From: Phallusia mammillata
Taxonomy: Eukaryota
DNA: 64,000 nt
Reading direction: 5' to 3'
Assembly: GCA_965637545.1 (NCBI GenBank)
Contig: OZ281499.1
Location: 14,260,001-14,324,000 of the forward strand
The position numbers and the translations under genes were made by a program. Below, piece by piece: positions 1-14,481 of this stretch. Below the pieces are notes generated by a model, which was given only the letters and a program-made list of their open reading frames with translations, had not been told where the DNA came from and searched no databases. How positions within the stretch are numbered: the first letter of the stretch is position 1; each line of letters begins with the position of its first letter.

Positions 1-1816
1 ATGGTGGACGAAGCAACAAACTTGCTACTCACATTTTAGGTAAGGTTTGTTTACAAAATCCAAAACTAAAAATGATAAATTTGTTTTGCATGTTGTAGTT
101 TTCTACCTAAGGACTGTCCGTCGTGAAATTTTACTTCCGTTAGCCTGGTACCCAACAAGTGCCACTCCAGCTTTCAAACTTGCATAGTTTTTTCGGAAAT
201 TGTTGTTTGAGTGTGAAACACGTGGTGTTCAAATACATGCAGTTATAGCAGATGGACATCGAACCAACAGGCAATTTTTTAAACTAGTGGCAGGGGTTGA
301 TAAAATCCCAGTGAAATCATGTTTTGTTGCCACCAATTACTGTGCTACTGACGGGATGGTTTATCTATGTTCTGATCCATCTCATTTGTTAAAGGTATTA
401 TATTTTGTCCTTACTTTTAGTGAAGTGGTAGCATATTTAATTTTGCAAAACTTTAGACAATTCAAAATAGCCTTTATTTCTCAAAACCAGGAGGAACTAA
501 GTACTTTAATAGGAATCGCAGGGCATTCTATGGTCTCACATTGTGGAACTATACAAGCTTGAGCAAAGTTTGCCATTCCTTAGCAGAACAAGAATTACAA
601 AGGCCCACATTAAACTTCCTTTCACTAAGGCAGTGCTCTTCAAAATATGCATGGGGTGCACCAGCACAAAAGGGTATACAAGGGTGCATCACAAACTTTT
701 AATGAACCATTAATACTTGACATTCAGGATATTAGAAAAAGGGTGTAGGTTTCAATTGATGTATAAATGAACCTTTTATTTTTTTAAATGTTGATGTCTA
801 ACACTTTTAGTCCGGTCGACGTATATCTACCTTAAAAGGCGCTTTCCGCAGAGTGCAGAGTTAATTTACGTCAAAAGTTTTGATTTTAAGTAAACAGGGT
901 GCATGAGTTTATCACAACAACTTTAAGGGTTCACCAAACCAAAAAAGGTTGAAGAGCACTGCACTAAGGTATAGTGGTCAGAAAATACAATTACAATATA
1001 ATTTCCAACATGACATGACGTTTCAATTGCAGATGAAGGTAAAAATTAGCCCGTGACGTTCTTTCATGGAAAGTTGGTAATTTGTTACAGCAACAAAATG
1101 GTTGTGAGGGTACTGCTGACTTTGTTTTGCTGATTTCCAAGTATGTTATACAGTGCTATGTAGTACATAGTATTACTTTTCGAAACAAATAATTTTGTAT
1201 CTATGGTTTGATTTTGTAAATAGTCGCCCTTCAAACGCTATTAAACACCCAAACGATGAAAAGTTGATGTGGTTGCTTGACTTTGTGAATCACCTACTTG
1301 CATGGAAGGTATTTGTTTGTTTTTTTGTAGCCTATATGCAGAAACAGTGCTAGTGTAGGATTGTGTCGATACAAGTCATAAAGGTGAATTCAAGAGCATA
1401 TTGGCTTTTCCTATTTTTGTAGGACTTGTATTCACAACACTAAACTTCGATGAAATGACTAAAAATTTACTAAATTCTGTACCATATGTTTGCTTAGAAA
1501 GTTTTACCCAGGATTGCTTGGAAGCATTTTTTGGAAACTCTGAGTGTTAAAAAAAACATTTTTAGCAGCATTTATATTGTAAGACCTTTATTTATAGAGG
1601 CAGGTGTGTAGAAGAATGACAAATCCAGATGTCAATCAATTTGGCTACATTGTTCAACACTTACCCAAAGAAAAGTTATCAAAAAAATTAAGGGAGGCAA
1701 TACAACACATGGTTCAGTCAATGTCTGGACATATTTGTGTGAAGAACCAATGCCAAAATGTTAAAAAAAACACATCAAACATGAATTTTTGTATTTTATT
1801 TTTAAAATACATTTGA
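1..1816 (+). pseudogene. Decayed, apparently spliced P-element/THAP9-like transposase
   Basis: Fragments read VIADGHRTN...YLCSDPSHLLK (200-400), FTQDCLEAFFG (~1503-1535) and RRMTNPDVNQFGY (~1610-1650), matching P-type transposase motifs. Broken by stops, intron-like gaps and a MITE. Confidence 0.65.
631..961. mobile_element. hAT (Buster-type) MITE, 331 bp
   Basis: 13-bp TIRs CAGTGCTCTTCAA / TTGAAGAGCACTG. 8-bp TSD CACTAAGG at 623-630 and 962-969 with central TA. Confidence 0.9.
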
Positions 1817-2803
1817 ACACTGTTGGCAGATTTTTTTAAGTCTGCACGCAATCCACCAGACCTTTTGTCAACAGAAACAAATAACTTTTGAAACTTTTTT
1901 TGGCAAGATTATGAGACAATGTTTAGACAAACAAGTTAACAATGTAAAAAAGAACATTCTAAAGTGCAGTCGTGTAACTGCTCAATGAAGTTGTTGTAGT
2001 GTACTGAACACACAATGTCAGTAATAACCTCGTTAATGGAGATGTCTTTAGGCTGCTTACTTGCATGTCTTGCTGTGCGTTTCCGCAACATCGCGCAAAC
2101 TCCGTGTATAGAACGTTGGGCTTGTTATTTTTTTCAAATTTTTTATTCCACTCTTGCAAGACTTTCAGACTTATCTTCGTCTGGTTCAAAGTCAACCATA
2201 AGAAGGTCGTCAATTACTTCCAGTGGAAAGTCTTGCCAAATATCTGACGTATTGATGAATATTTACTCTTTAAAAAAAAATAGCCCACCCGTACAGTATT
2301 ACTCAACCGTGACGAAGACAATCGCTGAAAATCTATTATAACCACTGATCTAGAAAAGAGCCTGGATAGCGCAACCAGGCGTTACGATCAGGGGATTTTT
2401 GAAGCCCGTGCGTAGGCTTTGCCGCCATATTGGAAGGATCACCTGCTACAATGATCAAAGCAGGTACACAGTGTTGCGCATTCGGTTGCAACAAAAGAAT
2501 AGCAAAAGGAAGAAGTAGTAGTGACGGCGAAGGCAGTGATGATGAAAGGAGATGTACAAAACGCAGATATCTCGTACATTTCACAAGTAGGATATTTTTT
2601 TGACATTTTTTTGAGTTTTTGTGATGGCAACTGAGGCGATAGGCGAAGCAGATTTTAGTTGTATTGACTGGGAATGTTAGTGTTTGTTATATAACTACAA
2701 ATCTTTTACCATTATATTTGTACAAGACAAGCAGACCTTCTTCACAGTCATACATTGTGGTGCAGTATTACCTATTTATCCAAGTGATGTATACATTTTG
2801 TCA

Positions 2804-2875
2804 AATCCTGTGGTGTAGTGGTTTATCACATTTGCTTTACGGCAAAGGACCCTGGTTCGATTCCAGGCAGGATTA
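2804..2875 (+). tRNA. tRNA-Val(TAC)-like gene, probably a pseudogene (6-nt anticodon loop)
   Basis: Acceptor stem AATCCTG/CAGGATT, D-arm TGGTGTAGTGG, anticodon stem TTTGC/GCAAA around TTTACG, T-arm CCTGG-TTCGATT-CCAGG. Confidence 0.7.
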
Positions 2876-3059
2876 TTAAGTATACAATCACTTGGTTATG
2901 TGCTCTATTTATTGTTGTCCAATTGGTAATTTAATCTTAATTCTAAACTCGCATGAACTCCAGTTTTTTATTACTATTTTACACACATTTTAATTCGAGG
3001 TTTAATACATTTGTCTAGATTTCCATCTTAACCTGACTGTCGAAAAGTCTGCACATTGG

Positions 3060-4346
3060 TAGGCAAACCTGAAATCCAAGTACTTTGCTCAGACCATTTT
3101 TTACAAAAATATATAAACCACACTGGCCAAATTATCACTCTAAGAGAGGATGCAGTTTCCACAAGAATCAAGAATTTACCAATACATCTACAGCAAGTGA
3201 TAATTAAATTGTATTTATTGAAATAATGAATTGAAACATTAAAAGTAATACATAAAAGAATGAAAATGTATTTAAGCAAAAACTGAAATTGAAACATAAT
3301 AAACCAACACAAAATGAAGGTTAATACTGCCGCACAGTCTTAGGTTCCAATGTTGTTAATTAAAATAAATTACTGGTAGATAAGCTACAGTTTATTATAT
3401 TGTTCGATCATTTGTTAGATGTATTGACTTTCCGCCCCTACAAATTTCTAATAAGGCATCAAGGGAATCAATCCTTAGAGTGCTTATATATTGTTGGTCT
3501 GAAATTGCTTGATAACACACCATTGCATTAATCAAGAAGAAAAACTGGCTTCGTTGACTTGTATTAAAAGTACTGTTTTCAAGAGTTTGTACATGAAAAT
3601 GACCCACCCTTAAGGTGTTTGTTGATGTGCAAATTCAGTAATGCCCATTTAGAGCTTTTTTAAAATATTTTATTCTGTTGGTGGCTTCAACAACAACTCA
3701 GCTACTTAAAGCGGCATGCAAGCGCCTTCTATGGAAAAGCATAGCAATTGCCAAAACCAAGATTCTACCAATTTTTTAAAAGTGATCAATAATATACGCA
3801 GGACCAAAAATAAGAGAATTTCATATTTTGCAGTAATTAAAAAGTATAATTAAGAAAAACGGAATCCAAAATGATCACGATTATGCAGATGTTCCAGCAA
3901 CACAAACATTATCTGTCTTTCAAACAGGAAAGATGGTGTCAAAAAACAAACACGTTTCATTTGCATTGAATCACTTGGTTCACCTACTTCACCAGCACAC
4001 CATAGCTTTATGTTTTTTAAGAATAAAGCGGGGTCTCTAGAAATCATCTAGCGTAACTACACTTTGCCCAAAACAGAAAAAAAGATTTAAATGCATGACA
4101 CTACAAATTACCAAAAGGCAAAGGAATATTAGAAGCAATAACATTCTCAGTGTTGATGGATGTTCCTCATTCCAAAATGTTTCAGGGACAGACCATTCAT
4201 TTGATTGTCCTGTTATGGACAATTATAAATTTGAGCTAATTAAAATGATATCAAAATGCTACACAAAAGTTAGACTTCACCATCTTGCTCAAAAAAATGT
4301 CAGAAAAATCACTGGAGACAATATCAGAAAAAGTAGAACAAAGTAG
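3060..4346 (+). pseudogene. Second decayed P-like transposase, C-terminal part
   Basis: Fragments LELF...GGFNNN (~3650-3700), an RGGL-like motif (~4030) and CPVMDNYKFELIKMISKCYTKVRLHH...IRK (4200-4346), typical of P/THAP9 C-termini. Many frameshifts. Confidence 0.55.
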
Positions 4347-7300
4347 TTTGTTTTATTCCTCTGTTACGATTTGAAACATGAAATAAAAGTTATTTTTTGG
4401 TTTTAATGCATGTTGCATCTTTGTCAAGTTGTTTCTTTTTAGATAAAATAAGCATCAACAATTGCATTTGCATGAATATATATATACACATATATATTAT
4501 CTTCGCTGCTCAATACCTACGTAGGTGAAATAGCAAAAATGTAAATCCGACGACAACTTGTTTTGGTTAGTACCTTGTTTATGACATTAAACACATAATT
4601 GTCTGCCAGTGAATGTTTAGCCATTGTTGTGTACAATGCAATTGTATTGTGATAAATGGGTATCTAAGGTGATATGAAGCAACAAGTTGACGAAACACTT
4701 TCAAACGCTGCGAAACCAATGATAAACCCAATTGCAACTTGTTGCAATTGTCAACTGGATATTATCAAACATATCGTTTTTTTTTCGAACATGGGAAGTT
4801 TGTTGGGCTTTAAGTTTGGATTTCCGTTCTTGTGGTTGCACGCATAAGTGACGGTATATTTTACGTCCGCCGCTTTGCATTTGTGTAAAACTCGGCGCTT
4901 ATGAGTTTAGGGAACGTAAACGCACAAAAAATGGCAGTTGGCACCTCGATATTGATACCTTGTTAGCAATTATACGCTCTCGTTTTTTTTGTCCTAAAAT
5001 GTCAGATTTTCAGACAAATACTGTCCCAATCCAGCTGACAGTACCTGGCAACCCTGGTATCATTGGGGAATTTTGTTTACTTGCACAGCGACGGGCCAAA
5101 CTCAATAACACGCAGTAATAATGTGGCACAAAAACACACGTGACACAGTCTCGAAACAAAGCGGTTGTAAATACGGTAAAACACAACAACAGTATAAAGA
5201 AAAAAATTATTAATAAATGAGTCGAAAAAGGTCGAAGTATTTCAATTGGACAACATTTAAGTAAAACTGGTTATAACAATGACTACTAACTAACACACTT
5301 GCTATTCAGTCATTAATATTGTCATGTATCATTTAAGTAACTTATAGCCACAATCAGCATTTTCAACATATTCCATTACACGTCACAGATTATAATTGCC
5401 ACACACAAAAATAGTCATAAAGCTTTTTATTTGTATCATAATTGACAAATTCAACAACCACATTACATTTGTGTCAGAACTTGTTTATTCAACATCTTTT
5501 CTTAATTTTTGTGTACAACTATTAATTGTTTGTAAGTTTCTTAACTGCTAAACTTGCTGCTTTATATGGTGGCAAATTGCTTATAATTCCTTTTTTGAAG
5601 TACAAAACTCTGCACGCTTTGAAAATTACAACACTCTCACTTAAACTTAAAACATATTATTAAACCTTGTGCTTTTATTTTACAACCAAAATGAATCATA
5701 AAGCTATAGTTTAAGCAAAATAATTGATAGCTTATTCCTTGATTTCCAAATGACAAGTTCCAAGAAACTGTTTTTTTTTCTATTTAGTGCTATCACTGCA
5801 AGTACAAGTCTTTTTGGAAATAATGGTGTTCCTTAGAAAAGTTTGCTTCCTTTTCAGTGTTGACATCCTTTTCAAGAACCGTTTTGCCTTTGATAGACTC
5901 ATGGAAATTGCTGGCTAACTGGCTTTTCCTTTAAAAGTTTCAGTAACTTTTCTAACAACAGGATATGTTTGGTGGTCACTACTATCTCCCCTGTAGAATG
6001 TTCAATCTTAAGAAACATTTCCTGTGAAACAATTTAGCAGCTACTGTTTAAAGAAACATAACATGTCCATTATATCAATACACAAGATTGCACTTGGTTG
6101 CAAATACTGTCCACATGGTGTGTTAAGAAACCAAAACTTGAAATTGTCATCAATAAGGTATTTCAAACTTCCTGTTGCTTGTGCAATTGTTTGTTCTGCA
6201 TTTAATATTGCCTGAATTTCAGTGAGGCATTTAACTTCACAGTGTGAGTAGACCTTGTGGTTGCTTATTCCTGCATGACATATTTGGAATAGAAGATGTT
6301 TTATCCCAGTTTTCTTAACTTTTTATTCAGGTTTTTATTAAAAATGTTAATCGTGACTTTTCAAAGTGTTAGATGACCTTTCTCTTTGTCAAGGTGGTAG
6401 ATACACTTTCCAATTCAATGATAACTGCAAAAACTGAAGCTCACTTACAGTCATCTTAAAAATTCACGACTAACCTTTAAACAAATAAATTAAAACACGG
6501 CAAAAAACTATCGAACTTAGAATATAGCAAACGGGTTTGGTTTTGGAGCACAATATAGACCCGGAACAGACAACACAACTACAGCGGCCGGCTCACACGC
6601 TGCGTGATTGGTGGAGCTGCGCGAGCCGCAGCACCCAGTCGCCTATTTCGCACGGCATGTAGCTTTTCCAAGTGCGCATGCGCACAAGTGCAAAACGTCA
6701 CGAAACTGGAGCTGCAGTTCCACCATAGATAACATATTAATGCCATAATATTTTTTTTAAATGAAAAAAAAATGCCGATCAAGGCGGAAATTATACTTAG
6801 GAATAAAAAATAAGTATCATGAAAGGTATCTGTATTGTTGTAGGAATATTAGGTGAAAATATCTAGGGGGTGCTGCAGCTCCGCAGCACTCTAGCACGAG
6901 CCGCCCCTGATTATGTTGTATTTGTTTCATAAAATGGAAATTTTATTTATTGCCACAACTGCCATGTGGAGCTGCAGCAGCGAACTGACAGCAAAGTGAG
7001 TTGTTTTAAATTGTAAAGTAGTCGTTAAAAATTTAGATACAGAAAGAAAATCGCCAAAGAAGGTAATAAAGTTGTTTGTTAATTAGGAAATCTGTGTGCC
7101 AGATGATTTAACATAAATAAAAATGCTGTATATATGTTCAATTCTACAGGTTTATGCCTTATCGTCAGTTTAGGGCTCTACAACAGTAAGTGATCTGTTT
7201 ATAATCATTACCATACAATGTCTTACTATTATATATCTTATATTTCACGAAAAATATCTCAAAATTCAAAGTAAGCAATGTGGTGTAACTGAAATTTGGT

Positions 7301-7887
7301 GTAATTAATCCATCTATTGCATTATTATTTACAGATGGCTTCCAAGAAGCAAATTTTATAATATAAGTAAGACCAATTTTTTAAAATATGCCTGTTTATA
7401 AAAAGGATGACAACATTGTGTTTTTAAACTTAAGAAGAGTCCCATTAAAAAAGTAAGTATCACAAGTTCTTTGGCAGTTATGTTTATGATAAAAGATAAC
7501 AGTATTTAGGATTTTATTTACTTATGTGAGAACTCATGTAAACTATCATGAGAATTCCAACCACACCCATGGGGCTCTCATTTGTGGTCGTTGGCATTTT
7601 TGATAACCCAAACGCCTCGCCATGAAACTGGGGTTTGTAGTACAACCACACCTTTGAGCTATCAAGACTACAGGGTTGAAATCTGCAGACTTAAGGCTAA
7701 CCACGCCTGTTGAAGTGTTCAAAATTCTTGCCGTAATAGTAAAATACTATTGCAGTGAGTCAATCACACTCAGGCGTTCAAGTTAAATGCTTAACGGTTA
7801 ACCACACTCAGGCGTTCAAGCGAAAAAGCTTTAGGGTTGACCACAATAATGTGTTTTAGGAAAAATGCGTATTAGGTAATAACACTT

Positions 7888-9917
7888 TTAAAGCATGTAA
7901 CGTAATGACCTAATACTGGTGTTTGCTAAGTTATCTTTGATGCATTCGAGGTCTTGAATAGCTTGCTCCAAAGCTTTTTCGGATGTTACATCATAAGACA
8001 TATTTTTTATGTCAACCAACAAATCGTTGAATTTCCGGATGGTTTGCTGTCTTGGGAGTGTCTTTATTCGCAACAGTGGGTGAATTCACAGTTGTGTTTG
8101 AACACAATGAATAAGTTGAAATGATATTACTTGTAACAGCTTCTTCATTCGGTTTTGATGCGCTTATAGCGTTCACAACATTTGGATCCAACACCATGTG
8201 AACAGAATTGCGGCACCATTCAGGTAAGCTGGACCAATCAACATCATCATACTTGTTAAACACAGCAAACATGTGCTTGCATAGCAAGGAGTGCCGAGTA
8301 AAATCTGCACATACGAATTTGGGAAACTCATCCCTTGATCCCAATTGTACAGTGTACATTTGGTCAGTCACTTTTAACTGAGAATACATTTATATTTCTT
8401 GCAATTGTGTTTGATTGCAAATTTGCAAACTCCCCAATTCTTTGAATACAATGTTTTACCAATTTTCTTGGTCTGTTTTGTAAAAGTCAGGAACACAATT
8501 ATTGTAATTCTGTAGTTGCTTGAAGATCTTAAGTTTTCTTGCATATACCTAGATTACATGTTTTTTTCATACACCGACAGTCAACTATAATTAAATAAAA
8601 ATGTATGAGACACATGAGAATATCCTTAACAAGTTGAGTACTTTGACAAATGTTGTACAAACAGGGATCCAACAGATTATATTTTTGTTGCAGCTTACTT
8701 GTTTTTTTCTTCTGGGAGAAAATCTTTGTGTAAAATTGTAATCAGTCCAGATAAAGATTTATCTGTTCTGAAAGGTGTATGGCATTCTTTTAAAACTCGA
8801 TTTTGTCTTTCCACACCATTGTTGGTGCGAACAAGTACTTTTAATTGATCTGCTCGATACAGCAACAACCAACGCTAAAATCATGCCTGTCATAAAACTT
8901 GTGTCTTTCATTTAACAACCTTCTTGCCTCTTTTTGTGATAGCCAAGTTTTGATAAAATACTTGAAGTTTATCATTACATTGAACACATGACTGAAAATT
9001 GTGTAATGCTGTTCGATAAGTTTCCTCCCTTTCGGCCCCGGCAATAGCTCTCATAAATGATAATTCTTCATCTTTGCTATCACGAACACCATTTTCAGAC
9101 TTTTTAACCCAACGCTCCCATGCTTGCTCACGATGAAAGTCGCATATTAAAACATGTCAATCTGAAAAAGTATATAGATTATATATTAGTATTTTCATTA
9201 AACATATACATTACTAAGTTCAAAATTAAAAACAAGCTTTCCTGAAAAAAACAGTTTCAATGGCACGTATTTCAGCATCACATTTGTCTGTCATGAAAAA
9301 AGTTGGTTTCCAGCCAGGTGTACATTGTTTCAAAATTGAAAGAGCTTCTTCAATATCAATTTGCCTCTCATTTTGTGTGATAAAACTAGCCACAACCTGG
9401 TAGTTCATGTTTGTTTTAACCCACAAAAAAACAAGGGCAGGGCATATTTTGAAGTCTTATATGTAGCATCTAGTAGGCAAATGTCCTGCCCGTAACGAAA
9501 AAGAAGTTTTCGCTGCCAATGAAGTTGATGGACAAACAGCATAGTTCGCTCTGATGCAATTACAGGAGGTGTTTTTTTCATCCGCAAGGTCTGATTTAAT
9601 GGTGTTTACCACATTAGGTATATCTGGTCTAAAAATGTTGTCCTCTGGATCACCAGACTTAACCCACTCATCAACCAAACATTGAACATTTGTTTGATCC
9701 ATTTTAGCCAGTTTACGTTCGGAAAATGCCCTGCAGAAGTGACTGTCGACATCTTTTCTTGTCGGAAAAAATCTTCTGTTTGTGTTTGATGGTACATTGT
9801 CATTTTAAACAGCTCATGTATTACAAATAATTTTAGGCCTCTCATGATCTCCCCAATATTGCATATGCCTTCATCTACCACTTCATCAATTTTAGCAATG
9901 ATCCGCTTATCAACCAT
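7888..9917 (-). pseudogene. Decayed MULE/Mutator transposase with SWIM finger
   Basis: LLDATYKTSKYALPLFF, WKPTFFMTDKCDAEIRAIETVF (MULE DDE core) and CADFTRHSLLCKHMFAVF (SWIM), spread over several broken ORFs. Confidence 0.75.
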
Positions 9918-10089
9918 TTGAAGAAATCCTGCCGCCTACAATACAAATAAACACATATATGTATGTCAAATTATTATAGTAGGCGAAACAATGATCACTT
10001 ATAGAGATATTTGGTAAAAAGAATAAAAGGTAAAGATTTAAAAAATCAAAAATAAATCATTTATATGTTGGAATCAATAATGGTGTTTA

Positions 10090-10545
10090 TCACATACTTC
10101 TCCAATAACGTGGCCAGAATGATCACCACTGCTTGGGTAAGAAACGCTACAGGCACATTCCTTTAACATAGACTCCCTTGATGCTTAGCCATCCAAATAC
10201 CTCTTTACAACAGAAGTATAACAAGGCTCACAAACAAACACGGTCAACAGTAGAGAAGTAAGTTACACTTGTCCTGCATCTCTTAACATGAACATAAATG
10301 ATAATAAAGCTTTGTTGTTTAGGACATTTGGTGTTTTGAAACAGGGATGGAGAGTTATTTATCACATTCACGCAGGAGGAAGGTTATGTTATTCACCTCT
10401 ACAAGTTTGTAAAATTACAATGTGTTGTTTCATTCTGCACAATATTTGTCGCCTTTACAATGTGCCACTGCCAGAAAATGCTGACATAGATTCACTTTTA
10501 GACACTACCACAACAAATGAAATTCATGACAAGGTAGTACTGTGA
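10090..10545 (+). pseudogene. Harbinger/HARBI1-like DDE nuclease C-terminal fragment
   Basis: RTFGVLKQGWRVI...VCKITMCCFILHNIC matches the Harbinger ERxFGxLK...CxxLHN signature. Confidence 0.7.
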
Positions 10546-11229
10546 GAGATTCGATCATTTCTACATTCCAATAATGATGTTTGTGAAATGTTTTTTGTGA
10601 TTGTTTGTCGCAAAAAGTGGCAACACAGCAACACCGAAATGAACTTGAAAAATAGATGACAGAATACTGAACGAATATGAAAGTAATAAGGTAGGTAAGA
10701 ATAACAGTGAAGAATATGGAACTAATGAAGTAGGGCAATTAAAAACAGTGAACAAGAATGAATAAAACCCTCCAGGCTTGCACAGATTGAGGCCTTTAAC
10801 CAGCAGTGAAAGTAGTAAATAACAGAAAATAGAGAAACACATCCAGAAAAAGGCATACTGTTGAAAATGCATATTAAATCGAATCATCAACTGTTTTGGG
10901 TTGACTACAGGTTAATTTAACTTTACTGCTTTCAGACAACTGCAACTTTTGTCGCTTCAAATCATTTGCTATTATCATTTGTTCCAACTGTTGCTGTTGA
11001 ATTATAGCTATGTATGTGTATTATACTTAGAGGGCTCACTGGTTCTTCAATTATTTCAAAAAGGTTGTCATCTATAGTTGAACATGTGAATGTAACTGGT
11101 TCTTCGACATCCTGAGGTGCTTGGCTTGTAGTTGTAGTAGAAAACTGTGAAACAGTTTCTAAAAAAAACAGTTAGGCATTACACATTTAACTGTTTGGAA
11201 CATAACAAAGAGGGTACTTAACTGTCACT

Positions 11230-13591
11230 GCTTTCAAGTGATGATGCACCTCTCAAAAATTTTACACTAGAAAAGTCGAACCCCAAAGGTGCTAGAGTAG
11301 ACAAAACTATACTACTTTTATCAGCCAACTAAGTCTGCTTGATTGTAACCTAATAACTAATAAAACAGATCCAAATGAAGCATTTGATATTTTACTAGCA
11401 CATTTACAAACTAGTTTCGAAAAAGCATTTCCTCTTAAAAAGTAGTGGTAAAATTGAAAAAAATGAATGGTATGATAAAGAATTGAATAATCTCAATAAA
11501 GCTAAACAAGAAAATCAGTGTGAAAAACCACTAAATCTGTCGCTATATTTTATTTGTTTCATCAAAACAAATGCATTTCGCTATAAAAAGCATCATCAGT
11601 GTCTAAAAACAAAATAAAAGCGGCATAAAAGCAAAAAATACAAACAACACACAACCCCAGAATAACCGCAAAAAGTCTTTCCTCTGTCTTACAGGACTGC
11701 AAATGCAGACCGGCAGGTATGGCGCTGATAAAAACCACGTAAAAAGGCGAGGAAAAGATAAGGTTTTTTCTTGATCTGATTTTAATGACCCGGAATCGAC
11801 GCGGGCGTTTTACTTGAAAGGAGATTTCTATAATAAGAAAAGAATTACTAAAGCTAAACAAAATGCATACAAAAAATATAATAGAAAGAAAACGACAACT
11901 AGAAAACTTCAGTATCACCAAGTACGCAACCAATATTATCGAGTGATAAATTCCAAGAAGAAAATTTATCATCAAAAGCTATTTGGTAAACACAGGAATA
12001 ATGCAAAACAAACATGGAAAACAATAAACAGTTTGATGGGTCGAAAGAAGACCACAAACTACATGTCAAACCTTAAAGTAGATGGACAATTGATCACAAA
12101 CCAAATGGACATAGCTGATCACTTTTATAAGTATTTCTCCACAGTTGCAGAGAAGTTGGTTAGCCAGTTGGACAAGTCCAAAACTTCTTATCAGATGTAT
12201 TTAGGTCCCACGTCCAAATCCTCTATATATTTCTTCCCAACTTGCCCTGGTGAAATTAGGATAATTATTGACAAAAAATAATTTACAAAGTAAATTAAGC
12301 TGTGGAATAGATGGATTACCCTCAAATGTCATAAAAAGTTTACCACTAGGAATAATTAATTGCCTGAGCCATATATTTAACCTCTGTTCGGAAAATGGAG
12401 TTTTTATCAGGGATCAGCTATCAGCTGTATAAAATCAGCTAGTAACTACAGGCCTATAAGTTTATTGTCAAACTTATCTAAAATTCTGGAAAAAATCGTG
12501 TACAATAGATTACATACGTTCTTAAACAACAAACTTTTTTTTAATCCAAAACAATTTGGCTTCCGAAAAGGTCATTCTACCCACCATGATGCTTCCTTAT
12601 TGATATTCAGTATCACAGATGCCTTTCACAACAAACAACAGGCAGTTGGAATATTTTTGGACCTATCAAAGGCATTTGATACTATAGATCACACTTTATT
12701 AATGGGAAAATTATATCATCATGGCATCAGGGGGATTGCCTTAGGCTTCTTTGAGAGTTACCTCTCTAATCGAAAACAGAGGGTCCCAACTTAGCAACAA
12801 AACATCTAATGACCTACCAATAAGTTGTGGTGTTCCCCAGGGAAGCAATCTTGGGCCGTTACTATTTTTAATATACATTAATGATCTGCCAAATAGTATA
12901 ACATCAGGACAGGCAATCATGTTTGCTGATGACACAACCCTCCTCTTTGAAAATAGAGATACAGAGACATTATTCAACACAGTAAACTTGCAACTTCAAA
13001 AAGTAAATGAATGGCTAATAACCAATAAATTGTCACTTAAAGTTTTAAAAACCAAGGGTGTTCACTTTCGACCTGCCAACTCCAAAACAGAGCCAATACA
13101 GTTGGAAATAAATGGCCAGCAAATAGCAACTGTCAAAGCTGTGCAATTTCTTGGGCTAACTATTCATGAAAGCTTGTCATGGAAAGAACACATGACAAAC
13201 ATTTTGCAAAAAATTAAACAAATATATTACTTAACTATAACAATAAGGCCTTTATTAACACAGCAAGCATTACATTGTATTGATCAGTCACGTCAGAAGT
13301 CAAATAATTTATGGCATAACATGCTTGTATCATGGTAATAAAAACCTCTGGCCTAAGATTCAAGGTATCTGCAACCAGTTTTTGTGTATGACCTATGGTT
13401 ATAAGTCCCAAAACCTGGAAGAAACATTGAAATATCAAAAAATATTAACAAACGAGCAACAGTTTAAACTTGAGTGTGCAACGTACTTACAAAATTACCA
13501 AAATGGTAGATTACCTCAAGCATTTGACCATTTCTTTCAAAGAAAAATGGGAACTAATGGTGTAAGAAAAAAGAGAGGAAAATATAAATGA
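11230..13591 (+). mobile_element. Decayed CR1/L2-like non-LTR retrotransposon (RT region)
   Basis: YRPISLLSNLSKILEK, QFGFRKGHST, FLDLSKAFDTIDH, GVPQGSNLGPLLFLIYINDLP and MFADDT, split across frameshifted ORFs. Confidence 0.85.
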
Positions 13592-13727
13592 CCTGCAAAG
13601 TGATAAGGAACAGAAAGGAAAAGAGGATCAGAATATGAATGACCTACAAAGTGATAAAGAACAGAAAGGAGAGGAAGATGAAAATATGAATGACCTACGA
13701 AGTGATAAGGAAGACTAAGGAGAGGAG
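13581..13727. repeat. Tandem repeat, about 3 x 51 bp
   Basis: AATAT(A/G)AATGACCT(G/A)C(A/G)AAGTGATAA... recurs three times. Confidence 0.75.
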
Positions 13728-13929
13728 TGTTGCGTTAAACCAACATGGTTGTTTACAACAAACCTTCACTGGTTTCCTAACCGTCTGCACAAAGACGTTA
13801 TGTAATTGGCCCTCGGGCCAGGTCAAGTAACTGACCATGCTGTACGTGGATGAGAGATCTCTTTCTGTGGCCGTACTTTCCCAAATCTCGCTAGAAACGT
13901 TGTATTTCAAAAGAAGCTTACTAATTTCA

Positions 13930-14462
13930 TGTAATTATTAAACCGCAATTATTCGCTCGTTGTATCGCCCGATTGTATCGCCCTGAAGGCACGACAATTT
14001 GTTGGCGCCATCGTCTTGCATTTTTACGCCCATCGCATTGTATATATGTCTCTGTTTTATGTTATGTTAGTCAGTGTTGTTTATCGGGCAATGGTAAAGT
14101 CCGCGTGTTGAATGTAGTTGCTTTGAGCGTAGTGCCAGATTATTGTTATTTTGGCAGTTTAATGATTTAGCATTACGTCTATTGTATCATAATTGTTTGG
14201 GTGTTACTTTTATTAAAATCGCTTGGAGTGGAATTAGGTTTGTTTATAGACAGGTTTTCTCTTTATAATATAATTTAGTTTTAGCTAAAATACACAAGTC
14301 TTACACAAAAGCCATAAGCGAACTATAGTGAACTCACGCAACAATAAGCATAAGCTTGAGAAATAATCTACATTAACGTAAGATTACACTCTAAATTAAG
14401 TGGCGTTCTATGATAGCTTAAATAACTAATTTAGACTAAAAAGGCTAGTTAGAAACGTTACA
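13930..14462 (+). repeat. 5' LTR (533 bp)
   Basis: Inverted termini TGTAA...TTACA, immediately followed by a PBS. No second copy is present to confirm the 5' boundary. Confidence 0.7.
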
Positions 14463-14463
14463 T

Positions 14464-14481
14464 TGGTATCCCCGAGTGACG
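14464..14481 (+). promoter_or_regulatory. Primer binding site
   Basis: TGGTATCCCCGAGTGACG lies 1 nt after the LTR CA. TGG is complementary to the tRNA CCA end. The priming tRNA was not identified. Confidence 0.75.

Noticed and set aside
2336-2630. Minus-strand THAP-like fragment
   Set aside because: The resemblance is weak, with no complete C2CH signature.
4400-7860. Possible host gene or THAP exons and a promoter-like palindrome GTGCGCATGCGCAC (~6672)
   Set aside because: No coherent reading frame or domain could be assembled, so it was left unannotated.
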